NCBI RefSeq assembly: GCF_037042905.1
Contig: NC_087255.1
Span: forward strand, 19,282,001-19,346,000
Source of the DNA: Lytechinus pictus
Taxonomy: Eukaryota
Length of the DNA stretch: 64,000 nt
Reading direction: 5' to 3'
Shown: positions 28,412-41,927 of the stretch, piece after piece
Numbering within the stretch: position 1 is the stretch's first letter
How the letters are laid out: each line of letters opens with the position of its first letter
The notes under the pieces: generated by a model
The model's input: only the letters and a program-made list of their open reading frames with translations
What the model was told of the DNA's origin: nothing
Databases searched by the model: none
Program-made: the position numbers and the translations under genes

Positions 28412-28929
28412 GGAGGTTGAAATTAGTCCAAATTGAATAGGTGACGAGGATTGAATGCATTTTAGAAGATTATTGATAGGTAGCCAATATAATGATCTCT
28501 GTTTGATTAAAGGATTTATTATCCAACCTGTCACTCAAAGGTGTCTTATCAATATTTACTTACGCCTCTCGAATAATCTAAATTGCACTTTTGTTGTGTT
28601 TAGAGTTATCTATCTCTCTCTTTCTTTTGTCATTACTAATCTTAATTTGAAGTAGGACTGCACTTAAAATTGAACAGTTACTGTCAGTGGCCAAATCGCA
28701 ATTTTTCGGCACAATTTTTTTCGGTGAAAATATCGCAAAAATTTACAAAAGTCACAATTAATTCAATTGCCACGGTGAAGACAAACTAAAAATCACAACT
28801 ATATATACGGTGGACAGTCATGTAGTAATTTGACAGGACATAATGTACTTTACTGATGATGGTGATGATCATGATAATAATACTATTACTAGTAATAATG
28901 AGGATGATGATGGTGATAATAATATTCAG

Positions 28930-29312
28930 TAATAATGATAATAATAATAGTAATAAAAATAATGATAATAATAGTAATAATAACAATAACAATACTAATA
29001 AAAAATACCGTAAATTTCTGCAAGACTTTCAACCATAACTTATCATGGTTTACTGTAAGACGCTTAATTTATTGGGGGGGGGGGAATTCAAGGATATATG
29101 GTTGAAAGTCTTGCAGAAATTTTCAGTAATAATGATAATAATAATAAAAATAATGATAATAATAGTAATAATAACAATAAAAATACTAATAAAAAATACC
29201 GTAAATTTCTGCAAGACTTTCAACCATAACTTATCATGGTTTACTGTAAGACGCTTAATTTATTGGGGGGGGGGGGGATTCAAATATATGGTTGAAAGTC
29301 TTGCAGAAATTT
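28930..29312. repeat. Tandem duplication (about 190-bp period) of an (AAT)n tract plus a 110-bp hairpin
   Basis: AAATTTCTGCAAGACTTTCAACCATA ... TATGGTTGAAAGTCTTGCAGAAATTT occurs at 29012-29122 and 29203-29312. Confidence 0.9.
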
Positions 29313-29428
29313 ACATCACCGCAAATTTAGACTTATCTTATAAATTAAATGTTAATAACCTTTACTGTTTTTACGATGTCTTTGTAAATATATAGCGCTT
29401 TTGTACAGTTTACCCTTCTACACTGAAT

Positions 29429-29743
29429 GGCCCGTATTCTGAAGTCGGGTTCAACTTAGACCATGGTCTAACTCTGTGCAAAAATCATGGGAAGCCAAAA
29501 GTGTCATTTAAAAAAAATTAAGTTGTATGTTTCTTATATGTTTACTGTGCTCTTTCCTGATTCATCGATGGTGAAGACAGTCATCTATTTATACTTCCTA
29601 GACAATTATGAATGATTTGAGAGCCAAATGAGATGAAATATGTTATCTCTACTGTTAGTGATTTATGTAACAATTGGCTATCCATACTTAAACCACAACT
29701 TTAAACCTGAGTTTAAGTTAAACCCGACTTCAGAATACGGGCC
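29429..29743. mobile_element. PIF/Harbinger-like MITE
   Basis: Perfect 23-bp TIR GGCCCGTATTCTGAAGTCGGGTT, with 3-bp TSD AAT. Degenerate relatives start near 29785 and 22050. Confidence 0.85.
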
Positions 29744-31106
29744 AATAAGTTCAGAAAATGTTAGGGGCGCGACGGGAATGGCATGGCCAGTATTCTGAAC
29801 TCGGGTTTGATATAAACTCTGGTCTAAATTAGTGATTTAAGTAACTATGGATAGCAAATAGGTTCACTCTTCTATTACCAAGCTTTCGACTATTTAAATG
29901 TCTTTTTTTCAGGGATTTTGAGACACAAAGATAAGGAAAAAAATAACCAACTGCAAGTATGCAACAAAAACCTCGTCAATGCAAGTGAAATTATTTCTTA
30001 CATGCCGCAAGCCCGCATCAACATTCTTTCATTCGACACATGTGTAATATCAATGCGATACTGCACCCAACACATATGCCTTCATGGTCGAAGTATTTCC
30101 ACATTAGTTTCTCATTTCCCTAGTTGAACATAATTTTGTTAGCTGCAATGTATATGATAAACGGAAGACTTGATGATGATGATCATAGTTCAGAACATCT
30201 TTTTTTTATAAATATGTGCATGTTCCAGGATTACAAGAAAGTGCCGTTGGATAAACGTACTCGCTGCCAGCTGCTGCCAATTGACACAAACGTTATTATG
30301 ACGCTTACGCAGATGCCATGTTATGAATGTCCGAATTGTGACGATTCTCATTTCGCGTATACGCTTCGGCCGCTGTTCGAAGATCTTGGCAGGTTGGCTC
30401 CGCCTCCTTTTGCTGTGTGAAGTGACGTCATCATATCTTTTGGCCAACACCGATGTCGCCAAAATACAGCGCAGCGTATGTGTACCAGTCCATTAAAATT
30501 TAAAATTTAAAAATTAAAATTTTGTTACTAGTACAATGAAGTACTAGGTCCTCTATTCTTCAATATCTTCGTTCACACAGTAAAAATGTATTAATCGTTC
30601 CTTCAATATCAACAAAAAACATATGGTGAACGTTTATTGGATCATTTAGCTCGTGCTTTATGAGGTAAACTTCCAAATTTCCTTTAAACAATTGATCCAG
30701 TTGACAAATTCAAAACGGCTCTTGAAATTTACTTCAAAATGTATCTCAATTCAACAAAGTGAACTCTTTATTGTTTATTTTCTGGAGCGCACAGAGACAC
30801 AGTTATATTTTTTGGTATAAAAACTGACTATTGATATTATCATTGTTTTCATTATCATCGTTATGTTGCATGTGTGCATGTGCTACACAACTGGCTGATG
30901 ATTGACAGCTGCATGGAATTACGTCAATGATCCTCGTAATGAACATGGCGGCGAGTACAGCACGCAAAAAAAAACTACCGAACTGAAAATAAATACAAAA
31001 CCGTCTAACAGCACTCTCTTTAATCCCGGGAATGTATACCTTTAGCCATTCAATATTGTCAGTTTGGTAACCATTTTTTTTCTTTTCTCTTTCACTTACA
31101 TCACAG

Positions 31107-31855
31107 AAGCACCGCCATGTCCTATGACTTCTATGGCATCGTCATGCTTTGAGTTCGATATATCGGGAATAGTTCGATCAAGAATCGCTTCAGCAGAAAT
31201 CTGGTTGTACTGGAACGGTCAGAGTTCATCCACCTCTTCCACAAATCATACCTTAATAATCTCACAATTATCAGGACATGGATTGAGGACTAGTAGACCA
31301 ATCTTAAACCACCACGTTCCAGCCTCACAACCTGCGGGATGGATCACCGTCGACATCAAACACACTGTACGTAGATGGCGCTCTCATTCCCGCCTTGATC
31401 AGGTGGTGAAGATCACGTGTCCAACTTGTGACTCTAACGACATTTTACCTTTCGCGGCCGAAGAAAGCTACCGGCCATTTATCGTCGTTCGCGTCGCAGA
31501 GGAAACGACGTCGCGACGGCGACGGAACGTCAATTGCGACGCAAACACCACCGAATGTTGCCGTCAAATATTCCGCGTTGAATTCCAAGACCTAGGATGG
31601 GACTGGGTGATTTCCCCGCGTGGTTTCAACGCCAATTACTGTCGGGGGTCGTGCGCAAGCTTTAACAGCCCGTCACTGACGCACACGAGCATCATGCACA
31701 CGGCAAGATCGAAAAAACCTGAATACAACATTCCTAGACCTTGTTGTGCGCCCAGGAGCTCGGGGACGCTTTCCATGATCTATATGAACGAAGATGGCCA
31801 ATTCTACACCGTGGACATGCCAGAAATGAAGATCCTGAGCTGTGGCTGTTCGTGA
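31107..31855 (+). CDS. TGF-beta superfamily ligand A, coding exon 2: rest of prodomain, furin site RRRR and 109-aa mature 9-Cys domain
   Basis: Polypyrimidine tract plus cacAG| acceptor at 31105-31106. The phase-1 join G+AA=Glu is in frame with exon 1. Motifs: SAEIWLY, GWITVDI, CPTC, RPFIVV, RRRR (31514-31525), then NVNC...CCRQ..F..LGWDWVISPRGFNANYCRGSC...PCCAP...CGCS-stop. Spliced CDS is 1761 nt (586 aa). Confidence 0.97.
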
Positions 31856-34800
31856 GGGCGCTATCCACTTCCGTCGACAATGCTGTGTTTCTTTAAAGTG
31901 TAAGGTCCTGAAATGCAAATGCGGTGCTTATACTGTATAAGAAAGTTTTGCATTGAATACATGACTGCACCGATAGCTTCCGAGCGAGCAGAGAGATGCT
32001 CTTCTTTTCGATACTGAGCTGGGATTGTTCGAGTCTCGGTACAAATCCCGCTGGTCGTGTAACTTCACTGCATATGGAACTTGATGAATCTAATTGCTTA
32101 TTCAGTTTTGTACGAGTTCTGTTGTTATTCATGTAAAGCATGTAAAACATTTGGATTTCTAATATGTACTATTGTTCGTATTAGAAGTCATTTCTTAATA
32201 AATGGAAACGTTTTGAATTGAAGGCACGTTAAGATGAGCCCAGTTTCCTATCTGTTTCCAATAATAGGAAAAGGAACGTTCTATTATTACGGATGCCGCG
32301 AGGAACTACCTGTTTTAAGCATAATAGATTATGTCGAGGGAATATGTGTCTTAAAGTTACATATTATCAAATTTGAATGCCAATGTTTGAAGCCAGTTTA
32401 TGTTGCATTTTTCTCAGTGGTTGCCATATTCCTTGATTAACCTTGGTGAATTTATTGGTAAAGTAATATGTATGGAAAATCTCCTACCCTCCTTGAAAAG
32501 TGTAAGGCAAGCATAGGCTCTCAAGCCTATACCAAGGCAAAGCCGCAATGTTGTTGCCTTGTTATTGCCAAAACGGGAATGTAATCACTGTCACAGTGGA
32601 GCTATGTGTGCTATAGCGAGAGAGTGTTAGTGAATAAAGATGATAATTGAAGTCTTTCATTAAATGGGGCAAATATATAATTGCTCTAGGAATTTATTTC
32701 GAACACATTCTTTTAAGAATACTCAACATCAATTTTTGTTAGATATAAGTAAAGTTTCTTGAGGGGACAACTCCCATCAGTTCCTATTAACTAAAATGCC
32801 CCCTTGAAGTTCTTCATATCCTTTGGTAATGAAAATTTATATCTTTTATCTCTTGTACCTTTCAGAGTTACCATGGTAACCTACAATTGTATACTTTCCA
32901 TTCCAGTGGGTGTAGGTTTTTAAGGAAAAATAAAGCGAGTAGTCATTTCCGTGTGGGTGCTCATAATGGTAATTTATCTTTTCCAGTTTTTCCTTTACCT
33001 GATCACCTTATTATTACACAATGAATGTTCCTATTGTTATATTTTTCATGGGATTATTCTCCTTACCCGTAATGACTCTATGACGAGGTACTTTCCCAAA
33101 ACAAAAACAAAAAATACTACTGAATTGAACGATTAATTTTGTGACGTAAGGTGGTGAGGTCACAGACTTGCATACATGGGGAGTATAATTTATTGTAAGA
33201 ATCACAGTCTCATAATGTCTTTAAGTGGTATGTTAAAGTGTGCTGTGTTTCGATGATGGGGCATAGTTAAGAGAAATGTGTCGCACAGTGTAGAAACAGT
33301 GGGGCACAGTTGCAAGCAGTGTGAACATACCAGAAAGCACAGTTGGAAATTATGTGAAAACGATTGGAAAATGATCATGAACGTTCATCTGTGTTGGTTG
33401 AAAATAGCGAAAAGTTGAACTTTTGTTCTCAACACTTCTCAACATACCGAGGTAATTTTTCGGATTTGAACAAAAGTTCAACTTTTCCTAATGATTAGAA
33501 AACAATGTTAACGAGCTTGCAAAACAATGTGAACACAATGGGAAAACAATGAACGTAATCGGAGAACAATTTAAACACAATTGGAAAACAATGCGACACA
33601 ATAGGAAAATAATGTGAACCGGTATATGGACAACGGTGTGGACACGATTTGAAAAAGAAAATGTGAACAGAGTGAATATTGAATGTTCATACTGACTGTA
33701 AAGATATTTCCGAAATAATACAGACGGTGTATGTAACTATTCTGCCACGATATGGAAATCTTTCAAAATTATATTATCTATGCAAGTGTGATTGTCGCAT
33801 TGTTTAATGACTTTATGAACACGGCTTCTGCTGTATAAACACAATGAATGTGTTGAAAAATTTACTTATTCATAATTATTTTTGATATACATGTGACACT
33901 GTGTAAAGAGAAACAATAATTGTTTCGTGTTTTATTTCTTAAATGTACCTTACACACTGCGATAATTATTGATACTTATTTACATCATTATTGTGCCCCT
34001 ATTCATGTCGACTTAACCATGGTCCTGGGAACCGGGGGGGGGGGGGTGCTGGGGGTACTGGAATTAGTTTACAGAGGGGGGAGGCTGAGGGCCATGGACC
34101 CCACCCCCCAAAAAAAAAAATCACAACTAAGAAAAAAAAACAAGAGAAAAGGAAATAATGTGTCAAAGTCACAAAATTTGATTTTTGCAATAAAAAAATG
34201 TCAAAATCTTTCCGTTTGCTTCGCTCACTCAAAACATTTTACAAAGTTTTCTTCATACGCCATATCTGGCCCCCTCAAAAATTTGGCTCATTGCGCCATT
34301 AGGTGTGGGATGCTAGAATATAGAGATATGACTGAAATTCGTTCATTTTCATGTTAACAAATCAGAACCCCAGAACCCTCTGTTTACAATTGATCGCAGG
34401 CCCCTAAAGACTTAATCCCCGCCTAATAAAAAAGAATATACGCGTATGCAATGCAAGTCGACTATAACAAGGGAAAGGGTTCTTTCATGTTTAGTCCTAC
34501 ATTCAGTGGTGTTGGCATTAAATAGCAAAGTGTAGTGATTATTTCGTTTTTTATATTCATAGATGCTTATGTGTAAGCAATTGTTATCAAGCCTTTTTAC
34601 GAATTCAGTATTTATTAGCTTTTAAAGCTTCGTATTTATTCACATTTTAACTAAGTCGCTCACATGTGAATCAAATGAACTGTATTTTTTTTTGGTTTCA
34701 TGCCACAGTGTTTGTGTATGTTAGACGTGCCAATTTGATTGGTTTAATGTGTGTATGCTTTAAAAGTTTATTTTTATTCTCGTCATTTTATTAAGGTCGC

Positions 34801-36469
34801 GAAGCATAGTACAATCTTTTCAAGTAGGCGTGACATGAAAAGTCACAAAAGTTACATGGCATATCAAAATACATAGACATATTGGACACTGGATTTTATA
34901 ATACACACATTTATCTTCATACTGCTAATGGTGTTTCTTTTAACCTTGGAGTTCGAGGAAATAAGATCAAGGCATTTTTTGATGACCACCCTTTCACCGT
35001 ACACAGTATAAACGCTGTTTAAAATGCTTGTACAACAGTAGTTGTCTAATAGTTTAAACAAGTGTTTAAAAATTAAAACAACCATTCTCGAGTCGATCTA
35101 TTGAAGATCAAACAGAAATTTAACTTTATTGTTTAAGGTTTAATTAACAAATGTTTAAATTGTTAAAACAACTACTGTAAATTTCATGTAGTAAACAGTG
35201 TTGTATATAGGAAGTGTCAACAGTATTTTTATTGTGTGGAAGCCATGCAGAAGCTAAATAAAGACGCAGGAATATCATCCATCGTGACTTAAAATTTGCC
35301 TTTCAAAGCAGAAATGGCCGAGGTGATTCGAAACCAAATGGTCCTTGAAAGAGAGCGATAGATGTTTAAAAACATGTTTATTTCCTTTATCAATTTCCCT
35401 AGTCCTATATATAACGTTTTAATGCATAACGTAACAAATGTGATTAATATGTGATAGTTTCGAATCCTAAATATAGATCGATAAGTTTTTATTTTGGTTC
35501 AGTAATTTCGGTCTATGTAATAACATGGATAATGGATGGATGGGGGGGGGGGGGGGGGGTTGTCGAGATGCATGACAAGTTAACATCTAGAGATGAATCA
35601 TTTTCAAGATCTTTGATTCTGTGTCAATTATTATTATTATTTATGGTTAAAATTTACGATTAAAACGTCTGATTAAAGAAAGTTGGTCACCTACAGAAAT
35701 GAAAAATTGTGTATTTTTTTGTATTCTTGTTGTTGGAATAAGAACATGTGTTAAGCAAGGTAAAGTATTATAACATAGCAGGATGCAATTTTCATAACAT
35801 GGCTTAGTACTTTCTGGTATACAATCACTTAATTTGTAATAAAAGACATCAAAATTCTTCTATTTTAGGAAAAAAACATGTATCCGAGAGAGCGCATAAA
35901 CTAACTTTATGTTCCTTCAAATTTCGATTAGTGTAAGAAAAAGGAGACGACTCATTGACACATTACCAATTTCCTTTGAAAATTGTATTTCAATGCTTTC
36001 TTTCTAATCCACTCTTTCTCTTTTCCCCTTGGTTGGTTGGTTGGCTGATAATGATTTTGGCAAATCTGTCAATTTTGATTATTTTTTGTCTTCTTATACA
36101 TAACAACCAGAAATAGTTTTCGTTGTGAAGTTCTGTTATCAACATTCACCCACTCACAAAAAAAAATTAAAAAAAATCATGTGTTGGGATTTTTTTCTTC
36201 TAAATTTTCTTACTTTCCCATCCTCTTCCATATTTGGCACCCAACTAGGGGCATCGGGCCCCTGTAGATACGACACTACGCATGGGATTGTGCCCCCCTG
36301 ATCCGTAGATGGAAGCTGGTATCATAATACAAAGTATACATGGTTTGTTTTGAAATGTATCGAGGCCTATGCATCATTACCATGGCAACGGAAATGATCT
36401 AGCCGCAGAATGTAATGTTATTGCGCCGAGTTCAGGGTCGGTGATAGGTGAAGATAATACAGATATCAG

Positions 36470-37498
36470 CAGTGGCGTACCGTGGGTCACGGCATTGGGG
36501 GGGGGGGGGCACCAGCAAAAATTTTGAGTCACGCAGTTGCCAGGTATACTGACCTAATATAGACATTTTAAGGACAGTGCCATTAAATGGATATGTATCT
36601 CACTGGTCAAATAATGCGAGCGCGAAGCGCGAGCTGGAATTTTTGTAAATATTGACCCCCCAAACAGGAAAATTTCAAGGACTATATTTTAGGAATCCAT
36701 TAAGAGTATACACATCTCACCATAGTCATCTAATGCGAGTGCCAATAAGCGCTTGCTGATTTTGTTAGAATTACATCTAAACATGCACATAAAGCACTTG
36801 TACTCATGATTATCAGATTAATCATGATTAACATACCCATCTTACTAATCAAATCTTGCCAGCGCGAAGCGCGAGCAGAAAATTTAGGAAATTCAGACCT
36901 GAAGAGGGGCATTTTAAGGCTTGTTTGTAGGAATTCACGATGACCATACGTAGTTCACTAACCAAATGATGCGAGCGCGAAGCGCGGGCTGAATTTTTTT
37001 AATATTCAGATTAGAAAAAGGGACATTTTAAGGAGTTATTCTAGGAATTCATGGAGAGCAGACATATTTCACCAATCCACTACTGCGAACGTAAGCACGG
37101 AGAGGAAATGTTTTATATTAAGACCTTAAAATGGGGCAATCACTTTAAGTAGTCATGAAAAAGAAGCATACTATTGTACATAAAACAATAATTACTCGAA
37201 GTGCGAGGAAATATATTTGGCAGTTTGGTGTATATTGACTTGAAAACGGGAGGTTTTAGTATAACAGGATTATATATCTCGGTAAACAGACAATGCAAGC
37301 ACCAGGAAGAATGAAGGCATAGGCCCTGAGCAAGTTATGTTTCATAAAGTTATGAAAAAAATGTTTCTTATGTAATATAACATAACATAATTATGATATA
37401 ATATAACATTATAATGATTTTTTTTTTTTTGGTCAGCCGATTGGGGGGGGGGGGGGGGCACGTGCCCCCCATGCCCCCCCCCCGTAGTTACGCCACTG
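36470..37498. mobile_element. hAT-like non-autonomous element, second copy of the 6472-7553 family
   Basis: Same TIRs and colinear interior, with perfect 8-bp TSD GATATCAG (36462-36469 and 37499-37506). Confidence 0.9.
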
Positions 37499-39161
37499 GA
37501 TATCAGTGTATGAGATCATATACCTTATACCCTTGCAGTAAAGAACACAGTGTGATCCCAGTGTGTTAACACAGTAGACTATGTGAAAATATTATTCACA
37601 CTGTTAAAATGATCAACTTTAACAGTGTAAAAGGAATTTCACATTGTGGCTAGCTCTATGGTGGATGCTCACAATGTGTTGGCATAGTGGACTGTATGAT
37701 TCATACTATTGAAATTCTCAGTGTGGAGGTGATTTCACATTGTGTTCCACACTGTGGCACGTACTGTGGAATACTGTGTATTCCGTATAGGGTTGGCCGT
37801 ACGCAATGGAGGGGGGGGGGGGGGGTTGAGAGAAATTTCTAGAACATCCGTTTTTAATTGCGAACTATGTAAAATGTGCACCAAATGGAGATAAATTTCT
37901 AGAACATTCGTTTTTATTGCAAATTATGTAAAATGGGCACCAACTCGTTATGATCGTAAAACACCCGCAAACCCACCCCCCCCCACTTTCATTGACGAGT
38001 TCGGTCGCTTCCGCCTCACTTTATGGTTGCGCACGAACCGACTAAACGAATACACGTATTCAAGCTTAGATTATGTTCGTAGGTATTTTAGAGAGGTAAA
38101 GTTACACCATTTATTCCATTTTTCCATACCACGTGCAATATATCGCCCCCTTCCCAGTCGTTACGAAAAATTTATATAAAAAATGCCCCACATGCACTTG
38201 ACAGTCCACTTCAATATCGAGGAGGGGGTCCATCGATTTGGGCCTTTTTATTTCGTGAGAAACGGACTATAGTTTCGAACATTTGGCGTAATTATTTTCC
38301 CGAACCGCCCCTGATATACATGTAAAACACACACACACACACAAAAAAAAATCGCGGAGAGCAATGATATCATAAGGTCTTTAGACGGTAATGTTTATAC
38401 AAATATATACAGTTACTAGAATTCTTGCCCTGGCAAATATGTTCTACAACTACCACGTAACTCCACTCTACTTGTCCTAAATTGTCACTCCCGGATCAAT
38501 CAACTTGATTACTGTCCTAGTCTAGTCTTCAAGCACAGACCTTTGCTTTTTGCAATTCGCATAGTGCATTATAATGCGGAGTCTGAAGCAGTGAGACGAG
38601 ATTCACTATGTGATATGGCTGCCTCGTATTTCACACATGCAGTCAATTTGGGATCTAGTCTTTACTCTAATATATAAGCGTCAAATTTGAGTCTGTGTTT
38701 GTAGACTGCGTCGAGTCCCAGTCCAGAAAGATCGAGGGTGCTAACTTCCGGGGGTGTGCTCCGGAAGTGATACTCCTCCATAATTATGTACTGACTGCCC
38801 TGGGCCTCAAGTGAACATATTCCTATCAAACTCTTAGTTACCTTTTAAATAGATGTGCAAAATACGCGTTAAAATGGCCTAACCCAATGTCCAAGTGTCC
38901 TACATTTCTGGTTGGTCTACTTGATTTTATATTGACCTGGATTGACCCGGAGCCGGAAGTAGCTCTTTGGGAAACAAAACGAGAGAAGCAACCTTCACAT
39001 TCAACAAGGTCCACTCGCGTCTAGAACTGCATGCAAGGCCCTGCTTGAAGGCAGACCTCTTGGAAGATCAAGATGTGTGATACAAAAGAAACGTGTTACA
39101 GAATCCCAGGGTCTCCATCTTACAAAGAGTTGTGATAATAATAATAATACTAATGATGATG

Positions 39162-39200
<39 letters not shown>

Positions 39201-39657
39201 GTACAGTTCTTAATAGACGCATAACGCCTAAAGGTCTCTATGCTTGAGGAAAGCGGGAAATATGGTTAGAATTGTAAATGTAAAAATAAAAATTGAATAC
39301 ACATTATATTGATTGATTCGATTAATCTCAACTATATGAAAATCCATCATTGTCATGATTTTTCTACCGAAATTTTGCACAAAGTCCTTTTGTAAACAAA
39401 GAGGAGCACATCAAATTGTCAAGCCAACAATGAATGTATGAGTATACATCATTATCTACAGTAGAAAACATTTTGAACAAACATGCATTTTAGATGTTGG
39501 CATGGCTGGCTTTCCATAGTTGTGGTTGATCGGATCAATTGCAACTCTTTTTAAGACGGGACCTAGACGGTTAATTTTAAGCCCTTGATTATTTTTGTCA
39601 GATTCTAGAAAACAAATTATATCATTATCTGATGATTGTATGTATGTGTACCCTCTG

Positions 39658-39827
39658 GTGGGTGTTTCATTTAGCTGTTCGTAAGTTACGAATGACTTTA
39701 CGCATGACTGTTGATCCTTTCTTGTGCTATGTGACATCCCTATGCAATTGATTTATGACCTAAGAACATGTTCCAGTCGTGCGTAAAGTCATGCGTAACT
39801 TTAAGAACAGCTTTATGAAACACCCAC
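39658..39827. mobile_element. Harbinger-like palindromic MITE
   Basis: GTGGGTGTTTCAT ... ATGAAACACCCAC with arms of about 50 bp and 3-bp TSD CTG. Confidence 0.8.
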
Positions 39828-40329
39828 CTGGTACTGCATTGGCCTATCAATTGGATTACGATATATAGGCAGAAAAGGCCATTATAGTATCGTGTTGCTA
39901 TTTGCTACGAATTTCTTCAGGTCATAATATACATTTATGCTCTGTACTTTCAAATGAAATTATATGCATAGACATGTTATGTATGCCATTGCCTTGATAC
40001 AACAAAAATGCTTTGAAATTAATTTCAACGATTAAAATTTTTATATGTAAGATGACGGATTATTCTGTTCTGGTTCTTATGCGCTTGTAGATGTGTGTGA
40101 GGGAGGGTGTGTGTGTGTGTGTGTGTGTGTGCTGGCGTGCGAGAGTGTGTGTGTGTGTGTGGGGGGGGTTGGGGCATGTTTGTGTGTGTGTGTTAAAGAG
40201 AGAATGTAGGATTCCTCCAATTGAATGTCATTAATAGAAAACTTAAAAATAATCGATGCACGCATCAAACCCATAATTCTTTGCATTAATATTCCGAAGT
40301 TTGTGGATTAGAAAAAAATACTTGATGAC

Positions 40330-40860
40330 CGAAGGAATATCGAAAAATATTAAATGACAAATTTTATACCAGAAAATATTAAATAAGATTTCTTAAATAT
40401 ACTCTTGGTTTGAATAAAAATGCAGTAAATAGTGCAGTCTTATCAGAAACCTTTCGATACCCAATGGCTTTATCAGTTATAAGATCAGTTACTAGTATAA
40501 GTTTTGGCATCATATCATGGAAGCACCAAACACAGGTATTATAAAAATAACATTATATGGAGGGATTAAAATTAGAATTAACTCTCACTAAAAAAATAGA
40601 AAAACTTTTTGATGTAGCGGGATTCACACATGTATGGGAAAATCAGAAAACATTCTCAGTAAAGCGTCTTGAAAAAGCACTAGTTGATAGATTTAAAGAG
40701 AGATATTAAAACATATTGGAAAAAAGTTTTGATGAAAATAGTAATGAATAAAAAAAAAATCAAAGTAAATTGTAATGATCTTGATATGAATATTGTTTTT
40801 TTCTGAAATTGAACTCTCTTTGAAAAAAGGGTACGAATTGGAACCTGTTTTGTCCCGTAT
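40330..40860 (+). pseudogene. LINE ORF2 C-terminal remnant
   Basis: Manual translation gives RFLKYTLGLNKNAVNSAVLSETFRYPMAL and GFTHVWENQKTF...VDRFKERY, interrupted by frameshifts. Confidence 0.6.
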
Positions 40861-41927
40861 TTGAAACCCTCGAGGAAATAGGTTTCCTAAAAGGTTCCTA
40901 ACGTGCTCAAGAACGTTGAATGGTTTTATTACGAAGCTAAAAAAGGTTCTAAAGTAGCGATTTAAGAAAATGTATATCCTTATGTGAATCATTTAATTCA
41001 GTTCAATTCATTGTCTAACCATCAAATACAAAAACAATACAAACAAATTGACCAAAAAACACATGCAGTGATGGTAAGGTACCCCGGAGAAGCAAGGCTT
41101 ATAAAAGGGGTACACCAAATTACAAAAACAGCAACAATTATCAATGATACAAACATATCTATAAATAAAACACTCATAAGTAACACGCTCATGCAACAAA
41201 AATGTACATTAGAATTTGAAGGAGGTTAAGAAGTTTACATCGACCTGTATAACTTTTTAAATCTACAAATAGTGGATCTGTTTTTAATGTCATTGAGAGG
41301 TTTATTCCATCATTGTGGGAAATTTATTTTAAAAGAATTAGAAACAACAGAAGTTCGAACTTTAGGTAGGCGAATGAGATCACTCTGACGAGTATTAAAA
41401 GTATGAATTGATGAATTTGGGAAAAAAATATATCTTAGGGCAGGAGGTAAAAATTTTGGTATGGAGCTTGTACATGAAAACAAGAGAATTCAGCGATATT
41501 AAGTCTTTTAATTGTAAAAATTTTAATAGGGTAAATAGCGGTTTCAAATGGCAATTAAATGCAGCATTACATATAATTCGGATTGCTTTCTTTTGTGAAA
41601 TGCATAGCTTATCTAAGTGAGTTTTAAGTGTATGACCCCAGGCAATTGTGTGGAAGAAGAGTGCTGTTGTATAAAGTAGTCAAAATAGTCCGGGGCATAA
41701 AAATTCTAAGTTTGCAAAGAATTCCAATAGATCTTCATACTTTAGTACAAACCGAGTTGAGATGGGATTTCCAAGAAAGGTATTAATCTAAACGTACACC
41801 TAACATAGGATATTATGGACTTTAGAGATAATATTTCCACCAATAATACGATTTGTAGTATTCAAAGGAAACGTCCTGCCTCTTCCTCTGCAAATGATGT
41901 ACTTGGTCAAAATTCAAGAGCAGTTAA

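Noticed and set aside
30560-30750. Possible extra exon of ligand A near exon 2
   Set aside because: It contains stops and resembles a decayed L2-type LINE 3' end (KTYGER...LP...FKTAL). Exons 1 and 2 already join in frame.
11354-31855. Assigning a gene symbol (INHBB/activin B, MSTN/GDF11, daw) to ligand A or B
   Set aside because: The diagnostic features are mixed, and orthology needs a phylogeny that I cannot run.
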